From: Alphaproteobacteria bacterium
GTDB lineage: Bacteria > Pseudomonadota > Alphaproteobacteria > UBA2966
DNA: 64,000 bases
Direction of reading: 5' to 3'
Assembly: GCA_964291395.2 (NCBI GenBank)
Contig: OZ219858.1
Coordinates: forward strand, 672,001 to 736,000
Shown: positions 18,878 to 25,917 of the stretch, one piece after another
Layout: the number at the start of each line of letters is the position of its first letter
Numbering within the stretch: position 1 is the first letter of the stretch
Notes under the pieces: generated by a model
The model's input: the letters and a program-made list of their open reading frames with translations, nothing else
Databases searched by the model: none
What the model was told of the DNA's origin: nothing
Program-made: the position numbers and the translations under genes

Positions 18878-18970
18878 AACAAAGAAAGACCCGGCGCAAC
18901 TTCATCGGAAGAAGTTGTCACCGGGCCTTCCGGCATCAGAAAACGCACCCGCGTCAATGCACTTGAGCAA
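18878..18970 (-). ncRNA. Candidate small RNA-2 (~90 nt), convergent with ncRNA-1
   Basis: Minus-strand promoter TTGACG-N17-TAGGGA (19004-18976); 3' long hairpin GAAGGCCCGG-TGA-CAACTTC..GAAGTTG-CG-CCGGGTCTTT followed by CTTTGTT; its G-U pairs work only on the minus strand. Confidence 0.55.
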
Positions 18971-19001
18971 TGTTATCCCTACCAATTTGGATATGCCCCG
19001 T

Positions 19002-19048
19002 CAACAATATATTGCGATATTGGCGCTGACATTGGACATATATGGTGT
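19002..19048. promoter_or_regulatory. Tandem NrdR-box-like operators
   Basis: CAACAATATATTGCGA (19002-19017) and TGGACATATATGGTGT (19033-19048) versus consensus acaCwAtATaTwGtgt; 31-bp spacing. Confidence 0.55.
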
Positions 19049-19201
19049 AGAAGAAAGATAGTGCCGCGATGTCGTCCGATCCCGTCCGCCGGGATCCTCG
19101 TCCGCACGGCATTGTGTGAATTGTGCAGAAAGCTCGGGCCGCTTTGCGCGCCGGCGCGGGCGGGAGACCCGGCGCCTGTCGCCGCAATGGAGAGTCGAGT
19201 C

Positions 19202-20089
19202 ATGTTCGAAGGCTTCGAGACCCGCCGCGCGAAGGCCAACGGCGTCGAGATCCACTACCGGAAAGGTGGCGAGGGACAGCCCTTACTGCTGCTGCACGGT
19301 TATCCGCAGACGCACGTCATGTGGCACAAGATCGCGCCCGGTCTCGCGCAGCGGTTCACCGTGGTGGCCTCAGACCTGCGCGGTTACGGCGATTCCGAAA
19401 AGCCGCCCGCGGGCCAGGAAAACGTCGGCTACGCCAAGCGTACGCTGGCCCAGGACCAAGTGGAGCTGATGGCGGGCCTGGGTTTCGACAGCTTCTTTCT
19501 CGTCGGACACGACCGCGGCTCGCGCGTGGCGCATCGCATGGTTCTCGACCATCCCGACCGTGTCGAAAGGGTGGTTATGCTCGATACCATTCCCGTGGAC
19601 ACGGCCTTCGAGAACGTCAATGCTGACCTCGCCACCGCATGGTTTCACTGGTTCTTCATGCGTCGCCCGGAACCGTTTCCGGAGACCATGATCGGCAGCA
19701 ATGTCGAGTTCTACATGCGTCATCTGATGGGATCGTGGAGCGTGATCCCCGACGCTTTCACCGACGAGGCTTGGGCGGAATATCTGCGCTGTTTCGAGAA
19801 GCCCGAGACCATCCACGCGTCCTGCGAGGAATACCGGGCCATCACCCTCGATCTGAAACATCATGCGGCGGACCGCGACAAAAAGATCAAGTGTCCGCTG
19901 CTCGCTCTGTGGGGCGGCAGCCGGCACACGCACCCGGGCTGGTCAACCAATGTCGTCGAGCCACTCTCGGCGTGGCGCGAGCGGTGCGAGGACGTTCGGG
20001 GCCGCCCCCTCGACTGCGGGCATTTTCTGCCCGAGGAAAAGCCCGAAGAGACTCTCCAGGAGATCCTCTCGTTCCTCACGGAGGTATAG
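19202..20089 (+). CDS. Haloacetate/fluoroacetate dehalogenase-like alpha/beta hydrolase
   Basis: HGYPQTHVMWH, GHDRG.RVAHR, FHWFF, CEEYRA, GHFLPEE. Confidence 0.85.
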   Translation: MFEGFETRRAKANGVEIHYRKGGEGQPLLLLHGYPQTHVMWHKIAPGLAQRFTVVASDLRGYGDSEKPPAGQENVGYAKRTLAQDQVELMAGLGFDSFFLVGHDRGSRVAHRMVLDHPDRVERVVMLDTIPVDTAFENVNADLATAWFHWFFMRRPEPFPETMIGSNVEFYMRHLMGSWSVIPDAFTDEAWAEYLRCFEKPETIHASCEEYRAITLDLKHHAADRDKKIKCPLLALWGGSRHTHPGWSTNVVEPLSAWRERCEDVRGRPLDCGHFLPEEKPEETLQEILSFLTEV

Positions 20090-20122
20090 CAAGGGTGTGT
20101 TTTCTGCGGATTGGTTCTCCTC

Positions 20123-21127
20123 TCAAGGCAACAACACCGTCGATCCCGTCGTTGCGCGGCCCTCGAGGGCGCGGTGGGCCTCGGCGGCGTCGGCGAGCGC
20201 GAATGTCTGGTTCACCTCGATCCTAACGGCACCGCACTCGATGACCTCGATCAAGGCGTCCGAAGCTTCCGCGAGGTCCTCGGCCGTCACTACGTAGTTG
20301 AACACGCCGGCGCGGGTCAGGAATACCGACCCGGCCCATTGCAGGCGCGCGATGTCGAACGGTGGGATAGGACCGGACGCGCTGCCGAACACCGCAAGCG
20401 TGCCGAGAGGGCCGACGCACTTGAGCGAATCGTCGAATGTGTCCCTGCCCACGGAATCGTACACCACGGGTACGCCCTTGCCGTCCGTGATCTCCCTGAC
20501 TCGGTCGACGAAGTTCTCGCGGGTGTAGACTATCGGATGGTCGCAGCCGTGCGCGCGTGCGAGCTCCGCCTTTTCATCCGAACCGACGGTCCCGATCACG
20601 GTAGCGCCCAGGTGCTTGGCCCATTGACAGGCAATGAGGCCGACACCGCCCGCCGCCGCGTGAAACAGTATGGGATCGTCGGGCTTCACCTCGTAAGTGC
20701 GTCGCAGCAGCATATGAACCGTCAGGCCCTTCAGCATCATGGCGGCCCCGGTCTGGTCGTCGATCGAATCGGGCAGCTTGATCAGGCGATCGGCCCGGAA
20801 GTTGCGGACCTCGGCGTAGGCACCCGGCGGCGGCAGTCCATAGGCCACCCGATCACCAACCGCCACGGTGTCCACCTGGTCGCCGACCGCCACGACGACG
20901 CCGGCGCCCTCTACGCCCGGGACGAAGGGCATGGTGCTGCCGCCACCCAGATTGGCGAAGGCGTCTACGGGGTAGAGACCCGAGCGGAAATAGCAGTCGA
21001 TGAAATTCAGACCGATCGCAGCGTTACGCACCTGGGCCTCGTTCGGACCCGGCGCGGGAACGTCGATGTCCTCGTATTTCAGGACCTCGGGCCCGCCCGT
21101 CTCGTGAAATCTCACCGCCATGGCCAT
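20123..21127 (-). CDS. qor: NADPH:quinone oxidoreductase (zeta-crystallin/MDR)
   Basis: GLNFID.Y.RSGLY, HAAAGGVGL, VVYDSVG. Confidence 0.9.
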   Translation of the reverse strand: MAMAVRFHETGGPEVLKYEDIDVPAPGPNEAQVRNAAIGLNFIDCYFRSGLYPVDAFANLGGGSTMPFVPGVEGAGVVVAVGDQVDTVAVGDRVAYGLPPPGAYAEVRNFRADRLIKLPDSIDDQTGAAMMLKGLTVHMLLRRTYEVKPDDPILFHAAAGGVGLIACQWAKHLGATVIGTVGSDEKAELARAHGCDHPIVYTRENFVDRVREITDGKGVPVVYDSVGRDTFDDSLKCVGPLGTLAVFGSASGPIPPFDIARLQWAGSVFLTRAGVFNYVVTAEDLAEASDALIEVIECGAVRIEVNQTFALADAAEAHRALEGRATTGSTVLLP

Positions 21128-21206
21128 GAGGGTGTCCCTCCTTCCTCGCTTGTCGCTCGGGCGTCATTCTTGGCTCCGCCCGTTGGGCATACGGTAACAT
21201 AGCGCC

Positions 21207-21824
21207 ATGGCCCTGGAAGTTCCGCTCCCCACCGGCGATGACGTGCTCATGGACGCCCTGTCTCGTCTAAGCGACGAGCACGCCCTCGCCATGCCTTACC
21301 TGGACGAGGCGGCATGTGCGGCGCTGGTCGACTGTTGCGCGAAGCTCGCGTTCCGCGACGCGAAGCCGGTTCTGGGCAAACCCGGAGAAGAGGTCTATCA
21401 GGATCTCGAACTGACCGTCGACATCCCGGGGAACAGCCCGCTCGTCGTCCTGGCGAAACGGCTGGAGTCGGACCTGCAGAACGCCCTCGACCGGTTGGAG
21501 CCGCCGCCGCTCGATTACCCGTTCGTCATCAACGATTTCATCGTGCAGCGTTATTTGTCGGGCCGGAAGGGTATCACGCCGCACCGCGACCACGTGCGAT
21601 ACCGCGGCTTGGTGGCGATCATCGTGCTCGGCGGGACGGGAAGCTTCTGGATCTGCAGCGATCGGAGCGGTGCGGGTCGGTGCGACATTCCGGCACCACC
21701 GGGCTCGCTCCTCCTCATGCGGGCGCCGGATTTCGCCGGCCGCACGGACCGGCCCTTCCACGCCCTCTCGGAAATCACCGAGACGCGCTACAGCTTCGGC
21801 ATGCGCCACGACGTCTCGCTCTGA
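21207..21824 (+). CDS. 2OG-Fe(II) oxygenase-like (AlkB-related) protein
   Basis: QRY....GITPHRD (HxD), PFH and RYSF..R motifs. Confidence 0.7.
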   Translation: MALEVPLPTGDDVLMDALSRLSDEHALAMPYLDEAACAALVDCCAKLAFRDAKPVLGKPGEEVYQDLELTVDIPGNSPLVVLAKRLESDLQNALDRLEPPPLDYPFVINDFIVQRYLSGRKGITPHRDHVRYRGLVAIIVLGGTGSFWICSDRSGAGRCDIPAPPGSLLLMRAPDFAGRTDRPFHALSEITETRYSFGMRHDVSL

Positions 21825-21870
21825 TACACCGAGTCGAACCGGGGGCAGACCTCAGGTCCGACCCCCGGTG

Positions 21871-22689
21871 TTATCCCGAGACGAGGGTGAAGCGCTGCAC
21901 GTCCCGATCGATTTTGTCGAGGATGCCCTTGAGATCGTCGTCCCCATCCGGGAGCGGCGCCAGCCAACGGCCCTCAAAGAAGATCTCCAGCGGGTCCTCA
22001 CCGAAGGGATAGGGCGACAGTTCGTAGGTCGCGTTCCCCGTCGGACGTATCGTGATGGTCACGTCTTCCTCCGCCGTCGTCGGTACGTGGGGAAACGAGG
22101 TTTCTTCCCGCGCGTCTTCGTGCACGCGATTGAAGTAGAGCGCGAGCGTGTCGAAGAACTGGAGTTGCTTGTAATTCTGAAAGAGATGCCTTTCCTCGAT
22201 CCAGACGGCGGTTTCGGGATCCTGGGCGAGCTCTTCCTTGAGCTTCTTTTGTCGTGCCAGTTCGCCGTCGAGGAACGGCTTGAGCGTCGCTTGGGCCTCG
22301 TCGGCCATATCGAGGATCACGACCTTGTCCGAGAGCCCGTAGCGGCCATTGTAGAGCCCCCAGGAGTGCATGCTCGACAGCAGCCCGCAGTAAGCGTGGC
22401 GCTTGATATTGAAGTCGGGCGACCGCTTGCTCGTGGGTGCGATGAGATCGAGGGGTGTCTCGATCAGGTCGTAAGGCAGGCGTGTCCCAGGATCGAGAGG
22501 AGCTTCGGCGTCGAGATCAGCCCAGCCATGATCGTGGTGTTCGACCAGGTAGATGACCTCTTCGCGGGGTTCCACGGATTCGAACCGATCGTTCCCGTAG
22601 GCCTTCGCGAACCGCCCCGCGAGGGCAGTGTGTTCCGACATCGTAATGATGAAGTGAGGTTCGCCTTCCGGCGCGCTTTGGACCATCAT
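21871..22689 (-). CDS. DUF3891 family protein
   Basis: H..LAG.FA..YGN, HHDHGW, LLSSMH, N...LQFFD.L.LY, PYPF; start MMVQSAP. Confidence 0.7.
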   Translation of the reverse strand: MMVQSAPEGEPHFIITMSEHTALAGRFAKAYGNDRFESVEPREEVIYLVEHHDHGWADLDAEAPLDPGTRLPYDLIETPLDLIAPTSKRSPDFNIKRHAYCGLLSSMHSWGLYNGRYGLSDKVVILDMADEAQATLKPFLDGELARQKKLKEELAQDPETAVWIEERHLFQNYKQLQFFDTLALYFNRVHEDAREETSFPHVPTTAEEDVTITIRPTGNATYELSPYPFGEDPLEIFFEGRWLAPLPDGDDDLKGILDKIDRDVQRFTLVSG

Positions 22690-22804
22690 CGGTCTGTCCC
22701 CCCGACCGTGTTTGCCGTACCGGAAATCTAACACAACTCGGGGCCTTCCTAACTCTCTGTCCACGCCTGGACGGCGGCCGACCCCAGCGCCTAGACTCCC
22801 GCAA

Positions 22805-22841
22805 GCGAGAAGAGCCGTGACTTGGCGAGAAGAGCCGTGAC
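22805..22841. repeat. 17-bp perfect direct repeat (20-bp period) in divergent promoter region
   Basis: GCGAGAAGAGCCGTGAC at 22805-22821 and 22825-22841. Confidence 0.85.
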
Positions 22842-22867
22842 CGCGAGGCTCGCGAGGAGGTCCGTCG

Positions 22868-24067
22868 ATGCCATCCCGCAACCGCGAGACATGGGAGCGT
22901 CCGCCCGACCTTCCCGAGACCCACTACGTCGACGCGACCGCCTACGCCGACCCCGATATCTTCGCCGACGAGATGTCGCGGATCCTGGCGCGATCCTGGC
23001 GGTTCGGGTGCCACGAGAGCGAATTGCCCGACGCCTTCGATTTCCGCACCATCGACCACGCCGAGGTGCCGCTGGTGATGATCCGGGGCGAAGACGGCCG
23101 GATTCGGACCTTCTACAACGTCTGCCCCCATCGCGGCGCCAAGCTGTTCAACGACCTCTCGGGCAACGCCAGGCTCAAGACCTGCTTTTTCCATCACTGG
23201 ACGTTCGACTGGAAGGGCGACTGCGTCAGCAGGCCGCGCCCGAAGGCCTATGACGACATGAACTTGCGTGCCGAGGACTGCGGGCTTCGGGAAGTGCACA
23301 CGGACACCCTCTACGGCCTCGTCTTCTTCAACCTCGACGACCGTCCCATCCCCTTCGCCGATTATTTCGGCGACGCCCTCGCGTCCTTCGAGCGGACACT
23401 GACGGAGGAACCCGTGGAGGTCTTCCACTATCACCAAGCCGTGGTCCGGGCGAATTGGAAGCAGTGGGTCGAGTCCAACATGGACCACTATCACGAGTGG
23501 ATGCACGTCATGCTGCGGCGCACGAACGTGCTCACCGAGGAGACGCTCTTCAAGCGTCACGTCGAGCTTTATCCTTACGGCCACATCATGTTCCGGGGCA
23601 TGCAGATCGATTACCAGGACGAGGCCACGGTCGTGCCGCGCGAGCAGTCGAAGGCGCTTCCCGGGCTGACCGCCGAAACCTTCCATGCAACGCCGATCTT
23701 TCCCAACACGGTGCTGATGACCCGCGGCACCGTCATGCGGATCGACACGACCACGCCGCTCACGCCGGACACCTCGCTCGTCGAGTTTCGCGGGCTCGGG
23801 CTGAAGAACGACAGCGAGGAGGACCGGATGGTCAGAATTCGCCAGCACAACGAGTTCTGGGGGCCGATGAGCCACAATCTGCCGGAGGACCTCTTTGCCG
23901 CAGAACAGTGCGCGAAGGGTTACCGCACGGGCGGTGCCGCCTACGGCATCATCTGCCGCGAAGAGAACATGTCGGCCCAGGACGATGGGGGCATGCGCCA
24001 TTTCTATGCGGAGTGGAGCAAATGGATGGACCGGCCGGCAGGCGACCCCAGGACCAAGGCCGCGTGA
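22868..24067 (+). CDS. Rieske non-heme iron oxygenase alpha subunit, MsmA (methanesulfonate monooxygenase)-like
   Basis: CPH-x17-CFFH Rieske motif; H..EWMH; EFRGLGLK.D..E.R..RIR.HN..WGP..NL.EDL; GGMRHFYAEWS C-terminus typical of the MsmA clade. Confidence 0.8.
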   Translation: MPSRNRETWERPPDLPETHYVDATAYADPDIFADEMSRILARSWRFGCHESELPDAFDFRTIDHAEVPLVMIRGEDGRIRTFYNVCPHRGAKLFNDLSGNARLKTCFFHHWTFDWKGDCVSRPRPKAYDDMNLRAEDCGLREVHTDTLYGLVFFNLDDRPIPFADYFGDALASFERTLTEEPVEVFHYHQAVVRANWKQWVESNMDHYHEWMHVMLRRTNVLTEETLFKRHVELYPYGHIMFRGMQIDYQDEATVVPREQSKALPGLTAETFHATPIFPNTVLMTRGTVMRIDTTTPLTPDTSLVEFRGLGLKNDSEEDRMVRIRQHNEFWGPMSHNLPEDLFAAEQCAKGYRTGGAAYGIICREENMSAQDDGGMRHFYAEWSKWMDRPAGDPRTKAA

Positions 24068-24077
24068 GGGCTGGAGC

Positions 24078-24542
24078 TTGGCCGTCGGCAACGAGGATAT
24101 CCGCGATTTTCTGAACAAGGTGGCCGACGCGCTCGACCGGGAGGCGTGGGACGAATTCCTGTCGATGTGCGCGCCCGAGTTCGAGTATCGCGTGACGGCA
24201 TACTCCTACGAACTCGACAAGGAGATGGTCTGGCTGATCCACGACATGGACGGCCTGCGCTACCTGTTCGATGTGCTGCCCGAGCAGCTCGGCCGCAGGG
24301 GAACCCGGATGTTGCGCCAGATCTCGGTCACCGATATCTCGCGGGGAGAGGCGAACGGGCACGTGGACGTGACGAGCAAGGTCATCGCCGTTCGAACGTC
24401 GCCGGAGGGCGTGTCGGAACTGTTCGCGGCGGGCCGATACCTGGATGTCGTCTATGTCGCCGGCGGGACGCCGCGCATGATCAAACGGGAAACCCGGCTC
24501 GACACGCGCGAGCTCGGCATAGGCTCCCACGTGCCGATATAG
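24078..24542 (+). CDS. Rieske oxygenase beta subunit, MsmB-like (SnoaL/NTF2 fold)
   Basis: YRVTAYS.EL.KEM.WL.HD and RLDTRELGIGSH.P; TTG start inferred. Confidence 0.75.
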   Translation: MAVGNEDIRDFLNKVADALDREAWDEFLSMCAPEFEYRVTAYSYELDKEMVWLIHDMDGLRYLFDVLPEQLGRRGTRMLRQISVTDISRGEANGHVDVTSKVIAVRTSPEGVSELFAAGRYLDVVYVAGGTPRMIKRETRLDTRELGIGSHVPI

Positions 24543-24553
24543 GCGGTGGTCGC

Positions 24554-25426
24554 GTGAAGCCCGCACCTTTCGAATATTTCGCGCCGGAGACGGCGGAAGA
24601 GGCGCTCGCCCTGATGGCCGAGCACGGCGTGGAGGCGAGACCGCTCGCCGGCGGGCAGAGCCTTGTTCCGTTGATCAACATGCGCATGGCACAGCCCTCG
24701 GTGCTGATCGACCTGAACCGCTGCCCCGAGCTCGCCTACCTGCGCGAGGAGGACGGCATGCTCGTCAGCGGCCCCATGACGCGGCAGCGCGAGCTGGAAC
24801 TCTCCGAGACCGTTCGCGCCGCCTGCCCGCTCATTGCCAAAGCGATGCCACATATGGGCCATGCCACGATCCGCAACCGCGGGACCGCCGGTGGCAGCCT
24901 GAGCCACGCCGATCCGTCGGCGGAGCTCCCCGGCGTGGCGCTGGCGCTGGGCGCCGAGATGATCGCGGGCGGGCCGAACGGACGACGCACCGTGCCGGCG
25001 ACGGAGTTCTTCCTCGCCGAACTGACGACCGCTCTGGAACCGGATGAGATGCTCTGCGAGATCAGGTTTCCCGAAGCCCCGGCCGGGTCCCGGGCCGCCT
25101 TTGCCGAAGTCGGCAGTCACTTCGGCGGACTGGCTCTCGTCGGCGTCGCCGCGCAGATCGACCTCGATTCCGCCGGCCGTTGCACCAAGGCGGCGCTGGC
25201 CGCCACGGGCGCCGGGGAACGGCCGACGCGTCTGTCGTCCACGGAGGCGGTCTTGACGGGCGAAGTCCTGGAGGAACGGTCGGTTGCCGAGGCCGCCGAG
25301 GCCGCGGCAGGCGACGTGGAGCCCCTGGAAGACCTTCACGCCACGGCCCACTGGCGCCGGCGTGCGGTCGTCGCCATGGCGGCGCGGGCCCTGCACGAGA
25401 TTGCGGACGGGGCGGGAACGCGATGA
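24554..25426 (+). CDS. Xanthine dehydrogenase/CoxM-type FAD-binding subunit
   Basis: MKPAPFEY.AP, LAGGQSLVP..N.R, IRNRGT.GGS..HADP.AE. Confidence 0.92.
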   Translation: MKPAPFEYFAPETAEEALALMAEHGVEARPLAGGQSLVPLINMRMAQPSVLIDLNRCPELAYLREEDGMLVSGPMTRQRELELSETVRAACPLIAKAMPHMGHATIRNRGTAGGSLSHADPSAELPGVALALGAEMIAGGPNGRRTVPATEFFLAELTTALEPDEMLCEIRFPEAPAGSRAAFAEVGSHFGGLALVGVAAQIDLDSAGRCTKAALAATGAGERPTRLSSTEAVLTGEVLEERSVAEAAEAAAGDVEPLEDLHATAHWRRRAVVAMAARALHEIADGAGTR

Positions 25427-25915
25427 CGGCGCGCCGCGAAGTCCGCGTCACGGTCAATGGCCGCGCGTACGCGCGCAACGTGGAACCTCGAATGCTGCTG
25501 GTCGATTATTCTGCGCCACGAATGCGGCCTGACGGGGACGCACGTGGGCTGTGCGCATGGGGTCTGCGGTGCGTGCACCATCGTGTTGGACGGCGTCTCG
25601 GTCCGAAGCTGCCTCACCTTCGCCGTTCAGGCCGAGGGAAAGGAGATCACGACCGTCGAAGGCCTCGCGGACGGCGACGCGCTGAACGCCCTGCAGCAGG
25701 CCTTCCACGAGAACCACGCGCTCCAATGCGGCTACTGCACGCCCGGTTTCCTCATGTCGCTGACGGAATTTCTCCGGGAAACGCCGGATCCCGATGAGGG
25801 CCAGATTCGCGAACGCCTCTCGGGCAATCTGTGCCGCTGCACGGGGTACGCCAACATCGTGAGCGCCGTGCGGATGGCCGCCCGGCGTTTGCGCGAGGAG
25901 GGCCGCGTGTCGTGA
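25423..25915 (+). pseudogene. CoxS-type (2Fe-2S) subunit with a +1 frameshift near 25510
   Basis: MTARREVRVTVNG...EPRMLLVDY, then a frame change (gattattctgcgc) to LRHECGLTGTHVGCAHGVCGACT...CGYCTPG...CRCTGY. Confidence 0.8.
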
Positions 25916-25917
25916 GC

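Noticed and set aside
22805-22841. CRISPR array (also considered for the repeats at 17291 and 28269)
   Set aside because: Only two copies each, no regular spacers, no cas genes.
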